From assembly GCA_964559865.1 (NCBI GenBank), contig CAZLJD010000025.1, positions 771 to 64,770 of the forward strand: DNA of 64,000 nucleotides, in the 5' to 3' direction. The stretch's first letter is position 1. The number at the start of each line of letters is the position of its first letter. Below are positions 41,391 through 49,862 of this stretch, piece after piece. The stretch comes from an uncultured Synergistota bacterium (GTDB taxonomy: Bacteria; Synergistota; JAGHAJ01). The position numbers and the translations under genes are program-made. The notes below the pieces were generated by a model. It did no database searches. It was not told the DNA's origin and was given only the letters and a program-made list of their open reading frames with translations.

Positions 41391-42449
41391 ATGAGTGTAA
41401 CTCTTAAAGGTGTTACGAAGATTTTTAATGATGTGGTTGCTGTTGATGATGTGACGCTTGAGGTTAAAGATGGTGAGTTTTTGACTTTATTGGGACCTTC
41501 TGGCTGCGGAAAGACCACTACATTGAGGATGGTAGCTGGTTTTGAAACACCAACTCGGGGGGAAATCTTTATCGAGAACAAGAAGGTGAATGATATCCCT
41601 CCCTATCAAAGGAATACTGGTATGGTGTTTCAGAGTTACGCTTTGTTTCCGCATTTATCAGTGTTTGAAAATATAGCGTTTGGGTTGAGACTTAAGGGTT
41701 TTAGCGAGTCTGAGATTAAGGAAAAAGTGAAAAGGATTGCAGAGATGCTGGGTTTAGGGGAGCTCACATCGAGGAATCCTTCTCAGCTTTCGGGTGGACA
41801 GCAACAGAGGGTTGCTCTTGCAAGGGCTCTTGTTATTGAACCTAAAGTGTTGTTACTTGATGAGCCTCTGTCTAATTTGGATGCCAAGCTTAGGGTGCAA
41901 ATGAGGGTGGAATTGAGGAGGTTGCAGCAAAGTCTTTCTATAACATCCATATATGTTACGCATGACCAGAGTGAAGCTATGAGTATGGCGGATAGGATAG
42001 TAATAATGGATAGAGGTAGGGTTCAGCAGGTTGGAACTCCTTGGGAAATATATGGGAAACCTGCAAATAGATTTGTAGCTGACTTTATAGGGAGAGTAAA
42101 CATTATCGATGCCAGGATAGTTGAGATGTCTGAGGATTCTACTACTATTGAGATGCTTGGAAAAGAATATACAGTTGATTTTGCTCCTAAGGAGTTTGAG
42201 ATTGGCGAGACGGTGCTTACTATAATCAGGCCGGAGTCCGTTGAGATATGCAGTGTAGATGAAGGAGATATGAATATGGTAGTGGATAGAAGGGTTTATT
42301 TAGGCTCCTCTGTGGAGTATTATCTAAAAGATGGAGAACTTTCTCTGATGGTTACCGAGGCCAACCCTCAACATAAAGGTATACACTCTGAGGGGGAAAC
42401 GGTTGGCATAAGGTTTCTGCGTGACTGCATGCACTTTATAAAGTCATGA
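41391..42449 (+). CDS. ABC ATPase (AfuC/FbpC/PotA-like)
   Basis: GPSGCGKT, LSGGQQQR, LDEP, TOBE domain. Confidence 0.92.
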   Translation: MSVTLKGVTKIFNDVVAVDDVTLEVKDGEFLTLLGPSGCGKTTTLRMVAGFETPTRGEIFIENKKVNDIPPYQRNTGMVFQSYALFPHLSVFENIAFGLRLKGFSESEIKEKVKRIAEMLGLGELTSRNPSQLSGGQQQRVALARALVIEPKVLLLDEPLSNLDAKLRVQMRVELRRLQQSLSITSIYVTHDQSEAMSMADRIVIMDRGRVQQVGTPWEIYGKPANRFVADFIGRVNIIDARIVEMSEDSTTIEMLGKEYTVDFAPKEFEIGETVLTIIRPESVEICSVDEGDMNMVVDRRVYLGSSVEYYLKDGELSLMVTEANPQHKGIHSEGETVGIRFLRDCMHFIKS

Positions 42450-43460
42450 CCCTTTTGCTTCACCCTTTAGATATACGGTTGTTACTGGATATGGGATGAT
42501 TATTCCTTCTTCCTTGTATCTTTTGTGGAGTCGCTTTAAAAATTCGTGTTTTATTAAGTATTGGTCAGTAAACTCTTTTACTCTGAGTATTACAGAAAAC
42601 TTGATGCTGAATTCTCCAAATGTGTGGTATCTAATAAATGGTTGAAATCCTTTTATACCTCCTATTACTTCCTCTTGGATGCTTTTAGCCACTTCGATGG
42701 TTACCCTTTCAACTTTTTCCAAATCACTCTCATAGCTCACGCCAACTTGAATTACTACGGACATCTCAGGTACTGGGAGGTGGTAGTTTACCACGATAGA
42801 GGATGCCAGCTTGGAGTTTGGCACTATGATGAGGTTATTTGACAGCATCCGCACCGTTGTGTTCCTCCAGCCGATGTCTTCCACATACCCTTCTTCACCT
42901 GTGTTCATCTTTATGTAGTCGCCTGGCCTTATCTGTTTCACTGAGAGTATGTACATGCCGGAGAATATGTTTGATAGTGTGTCTTGTAAAGCGAGTGCAA
43001 CTGCTATACCACCTATGCCCAGAGTTGTTATCATCGGTGCTATAGAGACTCCTATTATCTGCAAAACTATTGCAACACCTATGCTGAACAGGAACAGATT
43101 TATGATAAACCTTATGATAGAGCTTCCATATAACACTTTGTCTTCTGTTTCCTGAAGTGCCCTTGAAAGCACCTTCATGAACAGAACTACGACGGATGCT
43201 ACAGCAATTATTATGATCCCTTTGTGTATTAGCTGTTCAAATTTTGCTCCCAGACTTAGATAGGATATGGAGAACTCACCTGCTGCAAGGGTGCTCCAAA
43301 CGACGAACATCTTTCTCATAGATATGCTTAGCACCCTGTAAATTTTCCACCTGCTCCTCGTTGCAAGGTGCTTTAACATCCTTATTAGGGCTATGTCTAT
43401 TACTACCCCTATGCCCAATCCCGCCAGTACTATTAGTATGGCTATGATATAAGATTTCAA
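42444..43460 (-). CDS. Small-conductance mechanosensitive channel (MscS family)
   Basis: LGIGGIAVALALQDTLSNIFSG, EDIGWRNT, VPNSKL. Confidence 0.92.
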   Translation of the reverse strand: MKSYIIAILIVLAGLGIGVVIDIALIRMLKHLATRSRWKIYRVLSISMRKMFVVWSTLAAGEFSISYLSLGAKFEQLIHKGIIIIAVASVVVLFMKVLSRALQETEDKVLYGSSIIRFIINLFLFSIGVAIVLQIIGVSIAPMITTLGIGGIAVALALQDTLSNIFSGMYILSVKQIRPGDYIKMNTGEEGYVEDIGWRNTTVRMLSNNLIIVPNSKLASSIVVNYHLPVPEMSVVIQVGVSYESDLEKVERVTIEVAKSIQEEVIGGIKGFQPFIRYHTFGEFSIKFSVILRVKEFTDQYLIKHEFLKRLHKRYKEEGIIIPYPVTTVYLKGEAKGS

Positions 43461-43469
43461 CTCGATCCC

Positions 43470-44321
43470 TCACTTAAAGGCTCTTAAGATATTTTCTGTG
43501 TCAAACCTTATTAGTGCTATGTAGTTCTTCCTTTCTTTTACGCCCCCGAGTGGGTCAAGGTAGTAAATTTTAAGATTAAGGTCGGATATAAATGATCTAA
43601 CTCTTTCTAACGGTATTTGAGGCTCTACGAAAAACACGGATACATGGTGTTTCCTTATCTCTTCTATGAGTTTCTTTAGGTAGTAAGGTGTTGGACTCTT
43701 TCCTCCAGGTGGTTGAAATGAACCTAATATCTTTAGACCATAGGCTTGTGCAAAGTAGTCGTATGCGCGGTGATATGTAAGAAGTGGTTTGCCTTTCAAT
43801 GGCTGTAGTAGTTTGGCTATATCTTTGTTTAGTAGGAGCAGCTTTTTCCTGAATTTAGACGCATTTCTCTTAAAAGTGTTAGCCTGTTTTGGAAACAGCT
43901 TCATTAGGCGGAGTTTTATGTTTTCTGTCATTGCAATAGCGTTTAAGGGTGATAACCAATAGTGAGGATTTTCTATTCCCTCGTTTTTTATAATCTTTAT
44001 GCCTTTATCTACCGGGATAACATCCATTCCCTTGCCGTAGGCGTATCTTACCTTCAATACCCAATTATCGAGGTTGTGCCCTATGTAAAAGATTGCCTTT
44101 GTCCCTTGTAACCCTGCTATCTCGTGGGGTGTGAACTCAAATGTATGTGGACTTGCCAGTGGTGGGACTATCAGGCTCACGTGTAACTTTTTACCTGCAA
44201 TGTTTCTTACTATGTCATATAGGGGAAAGATAGTTGCTGCTACTTTGGGGTTGGCTAAGGTTGCGGGAGTAGTGTAACTCACCATAATTGCGAAAGTAAA
44301 TATATAAAGATATTTCTTCAT
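43470..44321 (-). CDS. Cluster A-I metal ABC substrate-binding protein (ZnuA/MntC family), orphan
   Basis: SPHTFE, NPHYWLSP, TYHRAYDYF, VEPQ. True start is MKKYL at 44321. Confidence 0.88.
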   Translation of the reverse strand: MKKYLYIFTFAIMVSYTTPATLANPKVAATIFPLYDIVRNIAGKKLHVSLIVPPLASPHTFEFTPHEIAGLQGTKAIFYIGHNLDNWVLKVRYAYGKGMDVIPVDKGIKIIKNEGIENPHYWLSPLNAIAMTENIKLRLMKLFPKQANTFKRNASKFRKKLLLLNKDIAKLLQPLKGKPLLTYHRAYDYFAQAYGLKILGSFQPPGGKSPTPYYLKKLIEEIRKHHVSVFFVEPQIPLERVRSFISDLNLKIYYLDPLGGVKERKNYIALIRFDTENILRAFK

Positions 44322-44344
44322 TTTTCCCCACCCCCTTTTTCTAT

Positions 44345-44407
44345 TGTGCTGCTGTATATTATAGCACAGCTGTGTCACCCTGTGAAATATGACTGTTGTG
44401 GTATAAT
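44345..44407. promoter_or_regulatory. Divergent promoter region with TGTGCT-N12-AGCACA inverted repeat
   Basis: Inverted repeat 44345-44368; extended -10 TGnTATAAT on both strands (minus 44358-44363, plus 44402-44407). Confidence 0.5.
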
Positions 44408-44444
44408 CTTTTGTGAATATGTATTTTGGAGAAAGGGAACATAG

Positions 44445-44999
44445 TTGATATACGAGGCCATAGTTACTACAAAAATGAAGGAGAGGTTTAATATAGCACC
44501 AATGGGTGTAGAGTTTACTGCCGATGGCATGGTTGTTATATCTCCTTATACTACCTCTCACACTTATGTCAATCTCTTGCGAACGGGTGTGGCAGTGGTT
44601 AATTTTGTGGATAATGTTGAGATATTTGCACATGCTGTTGTTACAGATGAAGTTTTCCCTTGGTTTCCTGCAGCTACAGTAGATGGTTGGGTTTTAGAAG
44701 ATGCGTATATGTATCTCGAAGTTGGCGTAAAGATGGCAAGATTAGGTATGGAGAGGAGTAGTTTTTTTTGTGAGGTATTTTGTGATGTTAAGAAGAGGTA
44801 TCCCCGTATGTTCAATAGAGCGCAAGCATTGGTAGTAGAGGCTGCTATTCTTATCAGTAGGTTGAGTATGTATTCGAGGGAAGATATATTGAAATTTTTT
44901 AGGGAGAATGAGAGAGTGGTGTTTAAGACGGGTAGCTTGGTGGAAAGAAGGGCGTGGAAATATCTTAAGAGATTTCTGGAGGAAGGTGAAAGGGTGTGA
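44445..44999 (+). CDS. DUF447 family protein (methanopterin-cluster associated)
   Basis: IYEAIVTT...NIAPMGV, NRAQALVVEAAILISRL. Confidence 0.82.
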   Translation: MIYEAIVTTKMKERFNIAPMGVEFTADGMVVISPYTTSHTYVNLLRTGVAVVNFVDNVEIFAHAVVTDEVFPWFPAATVDGWVLEDAYMYLEVGVKMARLGMERSSFFCEVFCDVKKRYPRMFNRAQALVVEAAILISRLSMYSREDILKFFRENERVVFKTGSLVERRAWKYLKRFLEEGERV

Positions 45000-45940
45000 G
45001 GATAATTACGCCTTCGAGACTGCATTTTGGTTTCATTGACCCTGTGGGAAAGAGCGGAAGGATCTACGGCAGTATGGGTGTTGCTTTAAAGTATCCTGCT
45101 TGGGACCTTAGGTTTTCCCGTGCCGATCGTTTTGTGGTTGATCACCGTGATGATGAGGTTCGTAGGAAGGTTTTAGAAGTAGCAGATAGAGTAAAGGAGA
45201 TTTATGATGTGGATGTTAATCTGAGAGTAGAGATTGCATCAATGATACCTTTGCATAAGGGATTTGGCGCTGGTACACAGTTATCCTTGGCAATTGGTGA
45301 AGGTATGTTGAGGATACTTGGTTTACCTTGTGAAAGAGAGGATATCGTGAAGGTTAGCGGTAGAGGAAAGAGGTCAGGGGTAGGCATAGCTTCATACTTT
45401 GATGGGGGATTTAATTTGGATGTTGGCAGAAAGAGAGATGGTGAAGGTTTGCCATTGTCGGTTTTCCACTTTGGTTTCCCGAGAGATTGGGTGTTTTTAG
45501 TAGTGTTGCCCTCCCTGGATCTGAATATACACGGAGGTGTGGAAGATTCAAAGATAGTGCAGGTTGATGGTATGGGTGTAGAGGAAATCTGTATGCTTGT
45601 TCTTATGAAGCTGATTCCCTCTTTAATAGAGAGAGATATAGCCCTTTTTGGAGAATCGGTGACATTGATTCAGAGACTGGTTGGGAGAATGTTTTCGAAG
45701 CCTCAGGGAGGGGTATTTGCGCACCCTGTATGTGAAATGCTTATAGATTTCATGCTTCAAAGCGGTGCGTTTGGTGCAGGACAGAGTTCGTGGGGGCCCG
45801 TTGTGTATGGTTTGGTTAAGAGACAGGATGCCCTTGGTTTAAAGCGGAGGGTTGAGGAGCATTTACGTGCAGAGGATATTGCCGGAGATGTCTGGGTTGT
45901 TGAGGTTGACAATTATGGAAGAAAATTGGTAGGTGAGTAG
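44996..45940 (+). CDS. mptG: Beta-ribofuranosylaminobenzene 5'-phosphate synthase (GHMP superfamily), first step of methanopterin synthesis
   Basis: TPSRLHFG, HKGFGAGTQL, GRGKRSGVG, FDGGF, GQSSWGP. Confidence 0.9.
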   Translation: MRIITPSRLHFGFIDPVGKSGRIYGSMGVALKYPAWDLRFSRADRFVVDHRDDEVRRKVLEVADRVKEIYDVDVNLRVEIASMIPLHKGFGAGTQLSLAIGEGMLRILGLPCEREDIVKVSGRGKRSGVGIASYFDGGFNLDVGRKRDGEGLPLSVFHFGFPRDWVFLVVLPSLDLNIHGGVEDSKIVQVDGMGVEEICMLVLMKLIPSLIERDIALFGESVTLIQRLVGRMFSKPQGGVFAHPVCEMLIDFMLQSGAFGAGQSSWGPVVYGLVKRQDALGLKRRVEEHLRAEDIAGDVWVVEVDNYGRKLVGE

Positions 45941-47159
45941 TATGAGGATAACAGAAGAGATTGCTAAAGATGTGATTGATAGGATGTGCCCTGTTATAGG
46001 TAGGGATATAAGTATCACCGATGACAGGGGCATTGTGGTTGGTAGTAGCGATCCACAATGGGTTGGTAAGAGTTACAAAGAGGCTATTGCTACTATCCGT
46101 GAGGGCAAGGTGGTAGAGGTTGATACTGAAGACGGTGTTGGTGGAACTAACTTCCCGATATTCCTGGATGGCAAGGTTATTGGGGTGCTATGGATAACGG
46201 GCAGAGGCAGACATATAAGGGATATAGGAAGGATCACATCGGTTACGATAGAACTACTCTTACACAGGCGATTTATAGAGACTATTGGAAGTTTAAAAAC
46301 GCATGCCATGAGTAGCTTTGTTGGAAGTCTGTTGAAAAAGGATAGCCTTGACTGGGAAGATATAGCCTCTTACTTGAGTGTATTAGGGTATGATCCTTCT
46401 TTACCCAGATTTGCTGTTGCCCTTGGGATACCTAAGTATGGGACTGTAATAGGTAGTGCTATAGGTGTTATGCAGAAGAGTGTATCTGGTGGTATGGTAA
46501 GGTATGATGTTAGGGAGAAGGTCTTATCTACCTGCAAGAAGGTTCCTCAAATTGGTGAGCAGGATATAGTGACTGACATAAGTGGAGGGTTGTTTGCTAT
46601 CTTTAAGGTTGGAAGTACATGTGACTCTGAAGAGGAGGCAGAGAATAGAAAGATAGAGTGGAGTTTTGAACTCTCTTCTGTGTTAAAAGACGAGATAAAC
46701 GAAGATGTCTTTTTGGGTATAGGTCCTTGTGCACACTCCATTTCAATGCTGAAGAAGTCCTTTAGAGAGGCAGTTCGGGCACTGGAAGTAGGTGTTCTGC
46801 TCTCTGAGTTTGCTGGGAAAAAAGTTTTCTTCTATGATGAGCCGATAGTGCTTTTGGGAAACCTTATAAGGAGTTCTGGTGGAGATGAGAGGCGCAACTT
46901 TGCTTCTCATGTGCTTGGAAATATAGACCAGAGTAGGATGAGAAAGGAGATACTGCATACATTGAAGACCTATCTCAGTTGCGGGATGAATGCTTCTTCT
47001 GCTGCCAAGAAGCTCTTCATACACAAAAACACTCTGCTGTACAGGTTGGAACGTGTAAAAAATCTTACCAGCCTCGATCCACACGATCCAATAGATGCAT
47101 TTTATCTCTGGTTGGCCCTTCAAGTGGTCTCTGTTGATGGTGTGCTCCACGCACAATAA
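45933..47159 (+). CDS. CdaR/PucR family transcriptional regulator
   Basis: N-terminal sugar-diacid-recognition-like domain, central GGDEF-like domain, C-terminal HTH AAKKLFIHKNTLLYRLERV. Confidence 0.9.
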   Translation: MSSMRITEEIAKDVIDRMCPVIGRDISITDDRGIVVGSSDPQWVGKSYKEAIATIREGKVVEVDTEDGVGGTNFPIFLDGKVIGVLWITGRGRHIRDIGRITSVTIELLLHRRFIETIGSLKTHAMSSFVGSLLKKDSLDWEDIASYLSVLGYDPSLPRFAVALGIPKYGTVIGSAIGVMQKSVSGGMVRYDVREKVLSTCKKVPQIGEQDIVTDISGGLFAIFKVGSTCDSEEEAENRKIEWSFELSSVLKDEINEDVFLGIGPCAHSISMLKKSFREAVRALEVGVLLSEFAGKKVFFYDEPIVLLGNLIRSSGGDERRNFASHVLGNIDQSRMRKEILHTLKTYLSCGMNASSAAKKLFIHKNTLLYRLERVKNLTSLDPHDPIDAFYLWLALQVVSVDGVLHAQ

Positions 47160-47217
47160 GATTTAGATATTTTTGTATTGTGGCACAATTGATTTTGTGT
47201 GCTCCTTATGTTATCCT
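47141..47217 (+). promoter_or_regulatory. Promoter with clustered TGTG/CACAA operator-like motifs
   Basis: TTGATT(47189)-17 bp-TATCCT(47212) with TGn. Palindrome ATTGTGGCACAAT at 47177-47189 abuts the -35; TGTGCTCCACGCACAA at 47141. Confidence 0.55.
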
Positions 47218-47416
47218 CTTTGTGAAAAATAGCGTAGCTCTGTCTCTCTTAGCCTTCTTGAATTTGTCTGTAGTGGCTTTATAGCTTTGATGTTATAGTT
47301 CTTTGTGTAGGGAGGTGGTATTTCGGTAATTGGTTGTGTGCACAAGTAGTATAGTGCTACTTTTGTATCGGATAGTATTATTTTGAGGTGAGGAATTCTG
47401 GAGAGAAGGAGGGGTT

Positions 47417-49198
47417 TTGATGGAGAAGGAGATAATGGCTGCTGTTATGGCAGCGACGGCGGAGCCAGATTATATGACCAATGATAGGTTGGAGGCACTG
47501 GTAAAGGGACACGGTATGTTGAATTTAGCCACCATTGCGGCTGCGAATGTTATAACGGAAGAGATCCTTAGAGGGTTGGATTATAAGCTTAGTGATGCTA
47601 GCGTTTCTGAACTTCCCGTGGAGGATATAATGAAGAAGGCAATAGCTACAGCTAAGCTTGCTGGTGCTGATGGTGCTAATGCTGCTTTGATTGTGGCTTC
47701 TTTGATGTATATAGCAGGTACAGACGCGAGGGCGGGTGTCCCTGCGGGTAATAGGAAGATAGGTGCATTGGCGAGAATGATAGCGGGTGCAGATAGGGCA
47801 GGAGTAGCTGCAATACCTACACCGAAGCTCTCAAATAGAGTGTCGGGCTTTGCTGCTGTTAAGGCGCTTTATGAGGCAATGGAGGACGGTAGGCTTACCA
47901 GTATAGTTGGTAAGAAATTGCCTCCATTCCTTGCGGGTGGAGCTATTTATGGACATAATGTTTTGGGAGAAGATATTGTATTTCCGGAAATAGCAACTAA
48001 TGGTGCAAAGATAGCAACAGAGGCCATGATGAATGCTTATAGTGGTGCAGGCTTGCTGCCAAGTCCGTTTATATCCGCAGTGTTGGGTGCTGCTGCTACA
48101 ATGGAAATAGTTCACTCTGATGGTTTTATAGATGAAAAGTTAGGTGAATTCTTTATTGATACTACTTCTTATCTTGCTGGTAAATCTGCGGCTGAGACTG
48201 CTGGTCTGCCTGAGAAGATGAAGATAAGAGGAACGGATAGGGAGTTTGATACAGCGCACCTCATAGGAGATCTTGCGCTTTTGTTTAAGGATATAGGTGC
48301 ACCTACAGTTGTAGGTATGATGTCATTTAATGAGATTATGGCTGCCTTTGATAATGCGATATTCTATGGTGCAGGTTTCTCTGGGGGTCCAGTTAACCCA
48401 CCGTTGGGTCATGTGACATGTGACGCAGTTGTGGCGATGTGCTTGCTTATAGATAATAAGGGTGATATTGAGGCAGCAGCTGAAGTTATCAGAAAGATCA
48501 AGCAAGAGCAGTGGTTTGACCCTGAGATGGCAACGATCTCAGTGAATACGGTGGCAAGGAAGACGGAGCAGATTAAGAGAGGTCTTGTAACAGATACTCT
48601 GATATTTGCAAGTGAACCTACAAGGACTGCGGGCGTTGCAAAAAGGGCAGAAAGGGCTTATCAGATGCTCAAAGAGGGCAAACCGCTTGAGGAAGTTTCC
48701 AAAACCTTCGATGCAGAGAGGCAGGCGTTCGTCGAGAAGAAGGCTTCCGAGCTCTTGAGTGCTGTTATGGGTAAGAAGATAGAGATAAAGTTCTTGAAAC
48801 TTGCTGGTGCTGCAAGGAGAAGCCACCCGTTTGTAAAGCAATATTGGGGGTTCGATTCTGATATCGATATAGAGGTTAAGATAGATGGTAAGCCTTATAA
48901 GATAGAAGGACTTTCCCACAAGGCTTCTCCAGCCATTGCCAGAGGCGAGCTTTCTGAGGATTGGGCATTACCGATAGGTATTGCGGCTGGTGTAGCTCAG
49001 GAGTTACAGTACTCTGGCCACACCATAATAAATGTAACCATACCTGCTGCAGTTGCGGCTGCTATGGGTAAACATAATTGGAAGGATGCAGGTAAGCTGG
49101 CAGAAAACGGTGCTTACATTACTGGCGCTATTCCTGGTGCAAAGGATACCGCGCGTAAAGTTGCTAAGTTAGCTGCTGAAATTATGAAGGCTATGTGA
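47417..49198 (+). CDS. Uncharacterised 593-aa Ala/Gly-rich helical protein; candidate enzyme
   Basis: Long clean ORF with AAGGAGG RBS, own promoter and terminator; no family motif that I recognise. Confidence 0.9.
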   Translation: MMEKEIMAAVMAATAEPDYMTNDRLEALVKGHGMLNLATIAAANVITEEILRGLDYKLSDASVSELPVEDIMKKAIATAKLAGADGANAALIVASLMYIAGTDARAGVPAGNRKIGALARMIAGADRAGVAAIPTPKLSNRVSGFAAVKALYEAMEDGRLTSIVGKKLPPFLAGGAIYGHNVLGEDIVFPEIATNGAKIATEAMMNAYSGAGLLPSPFISAVLGAAATMEIVHSDGFIDEKLGEFFIDTTSYLAGKSAAETAGLPEKMKIRGTDREFDTAHLIGDLALLFKDIGAPTVVGMMSFNEIMAAFDNAIFYGAGFSGGPVNPPLGHVTCDAVVAMCLLIDNKGDIEAAAEVIRKIKQEQWFDPEMATISVNTVARKTEQIKRGLVTDTLIFASEPTRTAGVAKRAERAYQMLKEGKPLEEVSKTFDAERQAFVEKKASELLSAVMGKKIEIKFLKLAGAARRSHPFVKQYWGFDSDIDIEVKIDGKPYKIEGLSHKASPAIARGELSEDWALPIGIAAGVAQELQYSGHTIINVTIPAAVAAAMGKHNWKDAGKLAENGAYITGAIPGAKDTARKVAKLAAEIMKAM

Positions 49199-49206
49199 CT
49201 ACTTTG

Positions 49207-49243
49207 CAGGTAGGGGGTGTTTTCGCTCCCTACCTGTTTGTTT
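49207..49243 (+). terminator. Intrinsic terminator / stabilising hairpin after the 593-aa gene
   Basis: CAGGTAGGGGGTG-TTTT-CGCTCCCTACCTG followed by TTTGTTT. Confidence 0.8.
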
Positions 49244-49256
49244 GGGGGATTAGTAG

Positions 49257-49745
49257 ATGCTTCTTATGTTGAATCTGGACGATATTGAGGTGGAATTACT
49301 CCCTCTCCACATACAGAAACTCCTCCAGAAAGGTGCAAAAAATACCTACTATGTTCATTCTGTAAATAAGAAGGGAAGAAATGGGATACTCCTTTTTGTT
49401 GATGTGGAAGAAGATTGTGCAGATGCTGTTATTGAGTATCTTGCAGTTGAGGTGGGTACGATAGGGATAAGGATAATTGAGACGAAGCATATTCCTTTTG
49501 ACTATGAGGTGAGGAAAGTAATTTTAACAGTAGGTGATAGAACATTTGGGCTATCTGTGAAGTTTATCTATAGAGGAAGAGGTAAACATGTGAAGGTAGA
49601 GTATGAGGATTTGAGGCAGGTTTCAGAGTCACTCTTTATCCCGGCAGAGGTACTCAAGAAAATAGTAGAAGGCTTTTCTTTTTCAGACGATAGGGTGTGG
49701 GACATTAGCTTAGGTGAATTGAGTCTGCACCTTGAGAAGGAGTGA
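49257..49745 (+). CDS. Stand-alone, divergent LarC C-terminal (LarC2-like) domain protein
   Basis: Aligns by eye with the LarC C-terminus in this window: NLDD/DVDD, NKKGRNG/MKKNRTG, EVGTIGIR/ETTTFGVR, VEYED/PEYES. Confidence 0.78.
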   Translation: MLLMLNLDDIEVELLPLHIQKLLQKGAKNTYYVHSVNKKGRNGILLFVDVEEDCADAVIEYLAVEVGTIGIRIIETKHIPFDYEVRKVILTVGDRTFGLSVKFIYRGRGKHVKVEYEDLRQVSESLFIPAEVLKKIVEGFSFSDDRVWDISLGELSLHLEKE

Positions 49746-49754
49746 ATATAAGAG

Positions 49755-49862
49755 ATGCATGGAGGTTCGTGGTTGCTGTCGCTTTACATCTTGGAGCAGA
49801 TAGGTTTTTGGTTAGCTGTTATCTTTTTTGTTAGGAGTAGGAGGAGAAGGGAGCAAAAGTGA
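49755..49862 (+). CDS. 35-aa single-TM putative symporter accessory peptide (not in ORF track)
   Basis: MHGGSWLLSLYILEQIGFWLAVIFFVRSRRRREQK*. TGA overlaps the symporter GTG. Confidence 0.6.
   Translation: MHGGSWLLSLYILEQIGFWLAVIFFVRSRRRREQK

Noticed and set aside
44322-44633. 104-aa N-terminal extension of the ZnuA-like ORF
   Set aside because: It overlaps the divergent promoter region and DUF447. The signal peptide and RBS are at Met 44321.
48370-48425. Resemblance of FSGGPVNPPLGHVT in the 593-aa protein to McrB YGGGGPGIFNGNHIVT
   Set aside because: It is a short Gly-rich match only. No other MCR motifs, no alpha/gamma subunits and no cfb genes are present, so it cannot be supported without a structure search.
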